Origin: Halarcobacter sp.
Lineage (GTDB): Bacteria; Campylobacterota; Campylobacteria; Campylobacterales; Arcobacteraceae
Direction: 5' to 3'
DNA length: 64,000 nucleotides
Assembly: GCA_048571215.1 (NCBI GenBank)
Contig: CP182352.1
Location: 2,016,001 to 2,080,000 of the forward strand
Numbering within the stretch: the stretch's first letter is position 1; the number at the start of each line of letters is the position of its first letter. Below the pieces are notes generated by a model that ran no database searches, was not told the DNA's origin, and saw only the letters and a list, made by a program, of their open reading frames with translations. Shown in pieces: positions 53,460 through 62,413 of this stretch. The position numbers and the translations under genes are program-made.

Positions 53460-54491
53460 TTACTCTTCATAACCCTTTGGATTAAAACTTTGCCATCTCC
53501 AACTATCTTCACACATATCATCTAACCCTTTTTTGGCTTCCCAATCTAAGACTTTTTTTGCATAATTTGGATTGGCAAAACATTTGGCTATATCTCCTGC
53601 TCTTCTATCTACTATCTTATAAGGTATCTTCACATTTGAAGCTTTTTCAAAAGCTTTTACTACATCTAAAACAGAATACCCATTACCCGTACCTAAATTT
53701 ACCGTTAGAACTTCAGATATATTTGAGATTTTTTCAAGAGCTTTTACATGTCCTTGAGCTAAATCAACAACATGTATATAGTCTCTAACACCAGTACCAT
53801 CAGGAGTATCATAATCACCACCAAAAACAGAAAGAAATTCTCTTTTTCCAACTGCAACTTGAGTAATAAATGGCATAAGATTATTTGGTATACCATTTGG
53901 ATTTTCACCTATAGTACCACTTTTATGAGCCCCCACAGGATTGAAATATCTTAAAATAACAATTTTAAAATCATTATCACTAATATACAAATCTCTTAAA
54001 ATCTCTTCTATAAAATATTTAGTTCTACCATATGGATTAGTTGTAGCCCCCACAGAAAATTCTTCGCTAATTCCACTATCCACTTTATCATCTAACTTAG
54101 GATCCCCATACACAGTAGCAGAAGAGCTAAATACAATCTTTTTACAATTGTTATTTCTCATAACTTCTAACAAACACAAAGTACCATTGATATTATTATC
54201 ATAATACTCCAAAGGTTTTTCAACAGATTCACCCACAGCTTTAAGACCTGCAAAATGTATTACACTATCTATTTCATACTTTTCAAATACTTTTTGTAAA
54301 GATTCTTTATCTCTAATATCACCCTCAATAAACTCAATACTTTTGCCAATAATTTTTTCAACTCTTTTTAAACTCTCTTTAGAAGAGTTACAAAGATTAT
54401 CAAAAACTACAAAATCAAATCCAGCCTCATGTAAACTAATACAAGTATGAGACCCAATATAACCTGCACCACCGGTAACTAATATTTTCAA
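53460..54491 (-). CDS. galE: UDP-glucose 4-epimerase
   Basis: GGAGYIGSHT, HFAGLKAVGES, LRYFNPVGAH. Confidence 0.95.
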   Translation of the reverse strand: MKILVTGGAGYIGSHTCISLHEAGFDFVVFDNLCNSSKESLKRVEKIIGKSIEFIEGDIRDKESLQKVFEKYEIDSVIHFAGLKAVGESVEKPLEYYDNNINGTLCLLEVMRNNNCKKIVFSSSATVYGDPKLDDKVDSGISEEFSVGATTNPYGRTKYFIEEILRDLYISDNDFKIVILRYFNPVGAHKSGTIGENPNGIPNNLMPFITQVAVGKREFLSVFGGDYDTPDGTGVRDYIHVVDLAQGHVKALEKISNISEVLTVNLGTGNGYSVLDVVKAFEKASNVKIPYKIVDRRAGDIAKCFANPNYAKKVLDWEAKKGLDDMCEDSWRWQSFNPKGYEE

Positions 54492-54508
54492 ATTTTTCCT
54501 TTACCTAT

Positions 54509-55234
54509 TTACCTAATATACTTACTTTTAATAAACTTAACAATTATTTCACTAGCTTCCTCAACTGAAAGATTATCACTAGCTATAATTATCTCAGCAT
54601 GTTGTGGTTCTTCATACACATCATTTACACCAGTAAAGTTTTTATACTCACCAGCGAGTGCTTTCTCATATTTTCCTGATTTATCTCTTTTTTTACAAGT
54701 CTCTATATCAGCTTTTACATATACAACTATATTGTTTTTAACCATTTCTCTTATAGCTTTTCTTGACTCTTTATATGGAGATACAAAAGAAGCTACTGTT
54801 GAAATAGAATTGTTTTGAAGTGTTTTAATAAGATGTCCAACCCTATGCATATGTCTATTTCTATCTTCTCTACTATATCCAATATCTGGGATTAAGTCTC
54901 TTACATCTTTACTATCTATTCTCTCAATAGGTATATCTAACTTTTCTAACTCTTTAAAAACTGCATCTGCAATTGTTGTTTTACCTGAAAGAGGAAGTCC
55001 GGTAAACCACAAGTTAAATGGTTCTATTCTTTTTCTTCCCCACTTTACTTTAAACCAAGCTCGTTCATGAGCCCAATAAAGCCCAACTTTTAAGATAGTT
55101 TCAATAAGTCCAGCAGCAATTGCTAAGTCTAATCTTCCGAAAAAGACATAAACAATTATAATAGTTGTTGTTGTTGCAACTGCTCTCCATGAAATACCTT
55201 TTACTATTGATCTTATATTTGTATCTTTGTACAT
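54509..55234 (-). CDS. DUF2061-type membrane domain fused to an adenylyl-sulfate kinase-like domain
   Basis: RSIVKGISWR...YWAHERAW followed by WFTGLPLSGKTT and FTGVNDVYEEP. Confidence 0.85.
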   Translation of the reverse strand: MYKDTNIRSIVKGISWRAVATTTTIIIVYVFFGRLDLAIAAGLIETILKVGLYWAHERAWFKVKWGRKRIEPFNLWFTGLPLSGKTTIADAVFKELEKLDIPIERIDSKDVRDLIPDIGYSREDRNRHMHRVGHLIKTLQNNSISTVASFVSPYKESRKAIREMVKNNIVVYVKADIETCKKRDKSGKYEKALAGEYKNFTGVNDVYEEPQHAEIIIASDNLSVEEASEIIVKFIKSKYIR

Positions 55235-55237
55235 TTA

Positions 55238-56692
55238 TTATATAACCTTACAACCCCACTCAGGGAAGTTTTCTCTAATATAAGCATTTAATGCAATCTC
55301 AGCTTGTGTATATTCTTTTTGTGGAACAGTCTCTTCTGAACTTTGAACACTATCTATAATCATACCAGCACCAACAGTTGAGTTTGTATATCTATCTATG
55401 ATAATAAAACTTCCTGTATGTCTATTTTCATTATATGGATCAACTGCAATTTGTCTATCTAGTGATAATGTACATTTTGCAATATCATTTAACTCTAAAG
55501 AGTTAGTTGCTAGCTCTTCAAATGTATTTACTTCTTTTTTATACTCTATTGATTTAAATGTACCATTGATAACAGAAGTTGCTCTTTTAATAATATAATT
55601 ACTATTAAGTTCAAGCTTTTTCTCATCCATCCAAACAACCATCACTTCAAGCTTATTTGATACTTGTGGGATAGAGTTTGATTTTACAATCATATCACCT
55701 CTACTGATATCTATCTCATCTTTTAGTGTAATAGTTGTAGCCATTGGTGCAAAGGCTGTTTCTATAGTTTCAACTGTTTCATCTTTTCCTATTGGTCTTA
55801 AATCTTTAATCTCATTTGAAACAATAGATTTTACAACTGAAGTTTTACGTGAAGGTAAAATTGTAATCTCATCACCTACACTAATACTTCCACTTGCAAT
55901 TGTTCCAGAAAATCCTCTAAAGTTTAGATGAGGTCTTGATACATATTGAACTGGTAATCTAAAATCATGATTTTCAGCTTTATGAATATCAATAGTATCT
56001 AATAATTCCATAAGTGGAAGACCTTTATACCAAGTTGATTTTGGTGAATTTGTAAGGATATTATCTCCATCTAATGCAGAGATTGGGATATACTCAAAAT
56101 TGATATCTTCATTATGTGGAAGATTAGGAATAATTGTTTCATAATCTTTTTTTATCTCTTCAAATCTATCTTTGCTAAAATCAACCAAATCCATTTTATT
56201 TATAGCAACAATAAGATTTTTAATCCCAAGAAGAGAAGCTATAAAAGAGTGTCTTTTTGTTTGTGTTAAAACCCCTTGTCTTGCATCAATTAAGATAATA
56301 GCCACATCAGCTGTACTAGCACCCGTTGCCATATTTCTTGTGTATTGTTCATGTCCTGGAGTATCTGCTATGATAAATTTTCTTTTTTCAGTTGAAAAGA
56401 ATCTATAAGCAACATCAATAGTAATACCTTGTTCTCTCTCACTAGCTAATCCATCAACTAAAAGTGCTAAGTCAATTTTATCTCCAGTGGTTCCACTTTT
56501 TTTACTATCTTTTTCAATTGCAGCTAATTGGTCTTCAAAAATCATTTTTGAATCATAAAGTAATCTTCCTATTAGAGTACTTTTCCCATCATCAACTGAA
56601 CCACATGTTATAAATCTTAGTATCTCTTTATTTTCATGTTCTTTTAAATATTGTTCAATATTCTCAGCTATTAAATCTGATTGGTGTGCCAT
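55238..56692 (-). CDS. cysN: Sulfate adenylyltransferase subunit 1
   Basis: TCGSVDDGKSTLIGRLL, EQGITIDVAYR, DTPGHEQY. Confidence 0.97.
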   Translation of the reverse strand: MAHQSDLIAENIEQYLKEHENKEILRFITCGSVDDGKSTLIGRLLYDSKMIFEDQLAAIEKDSKKSGTTGDKIDLALLVDGLASEREQGITIDVAYRFFSTEKRKFIIADTPGHEQYTRNMATGASTADVAIILIDARQGVLTQTKRHSFIASLLGIKNLIVAINKMDLVDFSKDRFEEIKKDYETIIPNLPHNEDINFEYIPISALDGDNILTNSPKSTWYKGLPLMELLDTIDIHKAENHDFRLPVQYVSRPHLNFRGFSGTIASGSISVGDEITILPSRKTSVVKSIVSNEIKDLRPIGKDETVETIETAFAPMATTITLKDEIDISRGDMIVKSNSIPQVSNKLEVMVVWMDEKKLELNSNYIIKRATSVINGTFKSIEYKKEVNTFEELATNSLELNDIAKCTLSLDRQIAVDPYNENRHTGSFIIIDRYTNSTVGAGMIIDSVQSSEETVPQKEYTQAEIALNAYIRENFPEWGCKVI

Positions 56693-56711
56693 AAAATTCT
56701 ACTCCATTAAA

Positions 56712-56746
56712 TTTTTAGTATTCAGTACTCAGAGTTCAGTGTTCAG
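56712..56746. repeat. Degenerate 7-nt tandem array (5 units)
   Basis: TTTTTAG TATTCAG TACTCAG AGTTCAG TGTTCAG. Confidence 0.85.
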
Positions 56747-56748
56747 AA

Positions 56749-56898
56749 CTATGAGTTTATTTTTTGTTGTAAACCAACAATCATTTTTAGTATCTCTTCA
56801 ATCTCTTTTTTCCAAGATAAACCTATTTGTTTCTCTATATATGATATTTCTATACCTATATAGATTTGTGTTATGAGTTCAGCAGAAGATTCTTTGCC
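56749..56898 (-). pseudogene. 3' remnant of a four-helix-bundle (23S rRNA IVS protein-like) gene
   Basis: Manual translation GKESSAELITQIYIGIEISYIEKQIGLSWKKEIEEILKMIVGLQQKINS*. An in-frame stop lies just upstream and no start codon precedes the fragment. Confidence 0.75.
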
Positions 56899-56899
56899 T

Positions 56900-56930
56900 C
56901 TGAATTCTGATTACTAAACTCTGAACACTA
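56900..56930. repeat. Degenerate 7-nt tandem array, inverted relative to 56712-56746
   Basis: CTGAATT CTGATTA CTAAACT CTGAACA CTA. Confidence 0.85.
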
Positions 56931-56944
56931 TTTTTAGTCTTTGA

Positions 56945-57886
56945 CTAAAAATACCCCTCTTGTTTTTTCTTCTCCATTGATGCTTCACCATCACTATCTA
57001 TAAGTCTTCCTTGTCTCTCACTAGTTGTACAAATCAACATCTCTTGAATAATCTCAGGGAGTGTTGTTGCTTCACTATTTACTGCACCTGTTAAGGGATA
57101 ACAACCTAGTGTTCTAAATCTAACTTTCTCTTTTTTTGCAGTTTTTCGCAATTCTTCAGGCATTCTATCATCATCAACCATGATTTTTGTGCCCATATAT
57201 TCTACTACTTCACGCTCTTTTGAGAAGTATAAATCAGGAATAGAAATCTCTTCTATATAGATATATTGCCAGATATCAAGTTCTGTCCAGTTTGATATTG
57301 GAAAAACTCTAATAGATTCACCTTTTGTGTGTCTTCCATTATATATATTCCATAACTCTGGTCTTTGGTTTTTTGGATCCCATCTATGGTTTTCATCTCT
57401 AAAAGAGTAGATTCTCTCCTTTGCTCTTGATTTCTCTTCATCCCTTCTTGCTCCACCAAATACTGCATCAAATTTTTGCATATCTAGCATTTGTTTTAGA
57501 CCTTCAGTTTTCATAATATCAGTATGAACAGCACTTCCATGAGTAAAAGGGGAGATATTCATCTCTAAACCTTTTGGATTAGAATAAACAATAAGTTCCA
57601 TTCCAACTTCTTTTGCACGTCTATCTCTAAACTCTATCATCTCTTTAAACTTCCAAGTTGTATCAACATGTACTAATGGAAGGGGTGGAGGAGCTGGATA
57701 AAAGGCTTTTTGTAATATGTGTAGCATTACAGAAGAATCTTTTCCTACTGAGTACAGCATTGCTGGGTTTTGAAACTCTGCTATTACTTCTCTCATTATA
57801 TGTATTGATTCTGCTTCTAGCTGTTTTAAATGGGTAAGTCGATTAGCACTTAATCTTAAGTGCTCAGTGCTCAGTTTTTTTTTCAA
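56945..57886 (-). CDS. cysD: Sulfate adenylyltransferase subunit 2
   Basis: [35 protein letters not shown]. Confidence 0.97.
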   Translation of the reverse strand: MKKKLSTEHLRLSANRLTHLKQLEAESIHIMREVIAEFQNPAMLYSVGKDSSVMLHILQKAFYPAPPPLPLVHVDTTWKFKEMIEFRDRRAKEVGMELIVYSNPKGLEMNISPFTHGSAVHTDIMKTEGLKQMLDMQKFDAVFGGARRDEEKSRAKERIYSFRDENHRWDPKNQRPELWNIYNGRHTKGESIRVFPISNWTELDIWQYIYIEEISIPDLYFSKEREVVEYMGTKIMVDDDRMPEELRKTAKKEKVRFRTLGCYPLTGAVNSEATTLPEIIQEMLICTTSERQGRLIDSDGEASMEKKKQEGYF

Positions 57887-57898
57887 ATATATTCCTTT

Positions 57899-58717
57899 TT
57901 ACTTTACTATAAACCAGGGGTTTAAAAGATTAGCTTTGTTATAAACAACAGCTTGCTCTAATATTGAATTTTCAATATTGAATTTTGAATGAAACTGATA
58001 AGCCAGTTTACCACTTTCTCTTACTATTGCATCTGCTGCTGCTGTATCCCACTCCATAGTAGGAGCAAGTCTTGGGTAAATATCAGCTTCACCAGTTGCT
58101 ACCATGCAAAGTTTAAGGCTAGAGCCTTTTGAAACTAGTATTAAGTGTTCAGTTTTTAGTGCTAAGTTATCTATGAAGTTTTGTGTTTCTATAGAAAGGT
58201 GTGATTTACTTGCTACTACTGAAATATTTTCTTTTATATCATTATTTGTATAAATTGGAAGCTTTTCTTTACTGAGAACTGAATACTGAGTACTGATAAC
58301 TTCTTTAAATGCCCCATCACCTTTTTTTGCATAATACATATCACCTAAAGCTGGTGCATATACTACACCTAAAATAGGAGTGTTTTTATATATCAAGGCA
58401 ATATTTACTGTAAACTCATCATTTTTTTTAATAAACTCTTTTGTGCCATCTATTGGATCTATACAAAAGTAGTATTCCCAGTCTTTTCTTATACTATATT
58501 CTGTTTGCTTATTCTCTTCACTCATCAACGGAATCTCTGGATACAATCTATTTAACTCAAAACATATTAATTGGTTTGATTTAGTGTCAGCTTCAGTTAA
58601 AGGTGATTTATCATCCTTATACTCAACACTAAAATCTCTTTTATAAATATCCATTATCAAACTACCAGCTTTTAAAGCAATCTTTTTTATATCTTCAATA
58701 TTTATCTTCTCTATCAA
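57899..58717 (-). CDS. cysQ: 3'(2'),5'-bisphosphate nucleotidase
   Basis: SPLTEAD, IDPIDGTKEF, GSSLK, EWDTAAA. Confidence 0.95.
   Translation of the reverse strand: MIEKINIEDIKKIALKAGSLIMDIYKRDFSVEYKDDKSPLTEADTKSNQLICFELNRLYPEIPLMSEENKQTEYSIRKDWEYYFCIDPIDGTKEFIKKNDEFTVNIALIYKNTPILGVVYAPALGDMYYAKKGDGAFKEVISTQYSVLSKEKLPIYTNNDIKENISVVASKSHLSIETQNFIDNLALKTEHLILVSKGSSLKLCMVATGEADIYPRLAPTMEWDTAAADAIVRESGKLAYQFHSKFNIENSILEQAVVYNKANLLNPWFIVK
58139..58301. repeat. Pair of inverted 7-nt arrays inside cysQ
   Basis: 58139-58166 TATTAAG TGTTCAG TTTTTAG TGCTAAG; 58271-58301 ACTGAGA ACTGAAT ACTGAGT ACTGATA ACT. Confidence 0.8.
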
Positions 58718-58757
58718 CTTATCCCTTTCATATTTTCAAATAACTAATAACTATTTA

Positions 58758-59381
58758 CTAAATAGCATAATCGTTTTCATCACCTTGTATATATCCATAT
58801 TTTATCAAATGAGTCACTACCAATTCTGCACATTGTTGAATTGTATGCTTGTTGGTTTCTATATGTATTTGTGGGGCTTCGGGAGCTTCATAAGGAGAAT
58901 CTATCCCTGTGAAATTTTTGATAGCACCTTCTCTTGCTTTTTTATATAATCCTTTAGGATCTCTACTTTCACAAATTTCAAGTGGAGTATCAATAAATAC
59001 TTCAATAAATTCATCATATCTAACTAAGCTTCTAGCAATTTGTCTATCTGATTTAAAAGGACTAATAAAAGCTGTCAAAGTTATTAGACCACTATCAACA
59101 AAAAGTTTACTAACCTCTCCAATTCTTCTAATATTTTCTATTCTATCAATTTCTGAAAAACCCAAATCCTTATTTAAACCATGCCTTACATTATCCCCAT
59201 CAAGAAGATATGTTTTAATACCTCTTTTGAAAAGCTCAACTTCAACAGCATTTGCAATAGTAGATTTTCCTGAGCCACTTAATCCTGTAAACCATAAAAT
59301 GCATGGTTTTTGATTAAGTAAACTTAGCCTTTTTTCTTTTGTTATATGTTGTTCATGCCAAACTATATTTTCATCTTTCAA
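58758..59381 (-). CDS. cysC: Adenylyl-sulfate kinase
   Basis: [32 protein letters not shown]. Confidence 0.97.
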   Translation of the reverse strand: MKDENIVWHEQHITKEKRLSLLNQKPCILWFTGLSGSGKSTIANAVEVELFKRGIKTYLLDGDNVRHGLNKDLGFSEIDRIENIRRIGEVSKLFVDSGLITLTAFISPFKSDRQIARSLVRYDEFIEVFIDTPLEICESRDPKGLYKKAREGAIKNFTGIDSPYEAPEAPQIHIETNKHTIQQCAELVVTHLIKYGYIQGDENDYAI

Positions 59382-59580
59382 TACTTTCCTTTAATAGTAA
59401 ATTATTCAAAACTTAACCAATAATTCCATTATGATAATTCGTGCAATTATAATAAAAACAAGCTTATAAACATAATTTATACCTATCATAAATAACTTTT
59501 TATAAAATTTATTAGTAATAATTATACAAGTTAAGTATTATTTTTATATAATAATGTCAATTTATCAAGGTAAGGATATC

Positions 59581-60507
59581 ATGTTAATTTTAGGTAAAAA
59601 ATACAAGTTTACAAAATTTGAAAAGCAAAGACTAAAGAAAAGAAATATAAAAACAACAGTTATACGTTATATAGATAGAGATTCAAAAGATGTATTAAAA
59701 GAGATAAAAGAAACTATTGAAAAAAAAGATTGTAAAACTATTGTACTAAATACTAAAATAGCAATTGATGATGAAATCATAAAATATCTTACAAACTTAC
59801 AATTCAAAGAAAATGTAGCCATGATTAGTATAGAAAAATTTATGGAAAAATATCTTCAAAAATGTTATATTCCAGATGATCATATGAATTTAAGCTACCT
59901 AGAAAATATAAAACCTTTTAATAGTTTTGAGTATATTCAAAAAAGAATTATAGACTATATGGGAGCTATTATACTACTTCTTATATCTTGGCCTGTACTT
60001 TTATATGCAAGAAACAAAATCAAAAAACAATCCCCTGGAACTAGTATGTTCAAACAAAAAAGAGTAGGACTAAATAACAAAGAATTTAAGTGTATAAAAT
60101 TTAGGTCTATGAGACTAGATGCAGAAAAAGATGGTGCACAATTTGCTTCTACAAATGACCCAAGAATTTTTGCTTGGGGTGAAACTATGAGAAAGACAAG
60201 AATAGATGAAATACCCCAAATATTAAATGTCCTAAAAGGTGAGATGCATTTCATAGGACCAAGACCTGAAAGAAGATACTGGATAGAGCAGTTTGAAAAA
60301 GAAATACCATACTACAATGAAAGACATCTTGTAAGACCTGGAATCACTGGATGGGCACAAGTGATGTATCCATATGGAGCAAATGCAGAAGATGCAAAAC
60401 AAAAGCTTATGTATGATTTATATTATATAAAATACTGGAATATTTGGTTGGAAATAAAAATAGTATGGAAGACTATTTTGATTGTTTTAAGAAAAAGAGG
60501 AATTTAA
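59581..60507 (+). CDS. Polyprenyl-phosphate sugar transferase (initiating glycosyltransferase)
   Basis: KFRSM, RKTRIDEIPQ, IGPRPE, PGITGWAQV. Start at ATG 59581 behind AAGGA. Confidence 0.92.
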   Translation: MLILGKKYKFTKFEKQRLKKRNIKTTVIRYIDRDSKDVLKEIKETIEKKDCKTIVLNTKIAIDDEIIKYLTNLQFKENVAMISIEKFMEKYLQKCYIPDDHMNLSYLENIKPFNSFEYIQKRIIDYMGAIILLLISWPVLLYARNKIKKQSPGTSMFKQKRVGLNNKEFKCIKFRSMRLDAEKDGAQFASTNDPRIFAWGETMRKTRIDEIPQILNVLKGEMHFIGPRPERRYWIEQFEKEIPYYNERHLVRPGITGWAQVMYPYGANAEDAKQKLMYDLYYIKYWNIWLEIKIVWKTILIVLRKRGI

Positions 60508-61265
60508 TCTTTTTTCTTTCTTCTAACAAGTTGTAATACCTTTGATAATGGTTTTAATAAAAACATTAAAGGGTTTATATACAATTCATTTACGTTCCAT
60601 GCTTTATAGCTTTCAAAGTTTGCTTTTAAAATATTAGATAAATTTCGATTACTCTCTCCTCCTACTCTCATTTTTACAAATGTTTTATTAATATAAGAAG
60701 ATTTGAATTTGTAGCGTTCCAAAAAACGTAACATAATCTCATAATCAGCAGAAATCTTAAAGTCTAAATTAAAGACTCCATACTTATCATAACATTCTCT
60801 TTTTATAAAAAAAGTAGGATGTGCTGGGTGCCAACCTTTTTGAAAAAGACCATACTCGAACTCTTTTGACTTCCAATATCTAACTATTTTATCTGTGTTA
60901 TTAGCATCTACATATTCGAGGTCTCCATAAAGACAATCTATATCTTTATTTTTAAACTCTTTACTTACTATTTCTAAAATATCATTAGATTTATAAAAAT
61001 CATCACTATTTAATATCCCTACTATATCTCCAGTAGCTAGTCTTATACCTTTATTCATAGCATCATAAAGACCTTTATCTTTTTCACTAATAAATTTATC
61101 TATTTTATCTCCATAACTTTTTATTATATTTACTGTACCATCTGTACTTTCACCATCAATAATTATATATTCAATATTATCATATGTTTGTGATAAGACA
61201 GATTCTATACACTCATTTATTGTTCTTTTATTATTCCAAACAACAGTTATAATTGAAACTTTCAA
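60504..61265 (-). CDS. Glycosyltransferase family 2
   Basis: IIIDGESTDGT, GLYDAMNKG, LNSDD. Confidence 0.92.
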   Translation of the reverse strand: MKVSIITVVWNNKRTINECIESVLSQTYDNIEYIIIDGESTDGTVNIIKSYGDKIDKFISEKDKGLYDAMNKGIRLATGDIVGILNSDDFYKSNDILEIVSKEFKNKDIDCLYGDLEYVDANNTDKIVRYWKSKEFEYGLFQKGWHPAHPTFFIKRECYDKYGVFNLDFKISADYEIMLRFLERYKFKSSYINKTFVKMRVGGESNRNLSNILKANFESYKAWNVNELYINPLMFLLKPLSKVLQLVRRKKKD

Positions 61266-61267
61266 AT

Positions 61268-62413
61268 CTAATTCTCCAAAATTTTTTGATATAACTCTAA
61301 TTGTAAATTTGTCACATATTCATTTTCATATTTTTTTGACATAATAATAGCATTCTTAGATAAAAACTCATAATTTTGATAATCAAATGAATATTCAACA
61401 ATTTTTTTTAATTCATTTTTATTAACTATAAATCCATTCTCTTCATGTTTTATTAAGTCATTTCTTGTACCAATATTAAATCCTATCACTGGTGTACCTA
61501 ATGTCATAGCTTCAATAATTGTAAGTCCAAAAGTTTCATACATTAATGATGATTGAATAAGATACTTTGAACAAGATATAACTTCTAATGTTTCCTTTCT
61601 AGAAAGTTTCCCTTTAAATATAATATTATTTTTTTTATACTTTTCTTTTAATTCATTTTCCAAATCTCCACCACCAACAATATTCAAAATATATTTATTA
61701 TCTAATAATAACCATGTATCTAATAGATTATAAATACCTTTTGATTCTTCCAATCTACCAACATATACATAATTTTCTTTTTTCATACTTTTTGATTTGT
61801 TAATAAAAAGACTATTTGGTTTAAAAAGTATTTTTGATTCATCAATACCTAGTTCCATTATTTTGTATTTTTGAAATTTTGTTAAAACAAAAAAATAATC
61901 TATATTATCAAATATTTTTATTACTTTATAAAACCAAAAAACCATTTGTGTTAAAAAACTCTGAGAAAAAGACTTTCTAAAACATTTATTTCTTATTCCA
62001 GCAAACGATATTTTATTGTTTATACAATCTTCACAAATTCCAACTAAATCTCTATAAAATATCCCTGAAATGCACCACATCCTATAGTTATGTAATGTAT
62101 GAATAACCTTTGCTCCTCCATCCTTTGCTCCCTTAAACACACTTGGTGTTAACAATGGATAAAAATTATGAACATGCACTATATCAATATTATGTTCTTT
62201 TACAATTTTTTTTATATTTTTATAATGATTCCAAGAAAACCAAATATCAAATAATAACTTAAACTTATCAATTTTATCATTAGAAACTTCGTATGAAAAT
62301 ATGTTTTCTTCATTAAAATGATTTTTTAATGATTTTAATTCATTTTTATAAACTATATCTTCTCCACCAATATTTTGAGATTGATAAAAATTATGAACAA
62401 TTAAGATTTTCAA
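61268..62413 (-). CDS. Glycosyltransferase family 4
   Basis: YVGRLEESKG, ETFGLTIIEAM. Confidence 0.92.
   Translation of the reverse strand: MKILIVHNFYQSQNIGGEDIVYKNELKSLKNHFNEENIFSYEVSNDKIDKFKLLFDIWFSWNHYKNIKKIVKEHNIDIVHVHNFYPLLTPSVFKGAKDGGAKVIHTLHNYRMWCISGIFYRDLVGICEDCINNKISFAGIRNKCFRKSFSQSFLTQMVFWFYKVIKIFDNIDYFFVLTKFQKYKIMELGIDESKILFKPNSLFINKSKSMKKENYVYVGRLEESKGIYNLLDTWLLLDNKYILNIVGGGDLENELKEKYKKNNIIFKGKLSRKETLEVISCSKYLIQSSLMYETFGLTIIEAMTLGTPVIGFNIGTRNDLIKHEENGFIVNKNELKKIVEYSFDYQNYEFLSKNAIIMSKKYENEYVTNLQLELYQKILEN

Noticed and set aside
56712..58760. Heptamer arrays as a CRISPR array or as a diversity-generating retroelement
   Set aside because: There is no repeat-spacer structure, cas gene, reverse transcriptase or template/variable repeat pair in the window.
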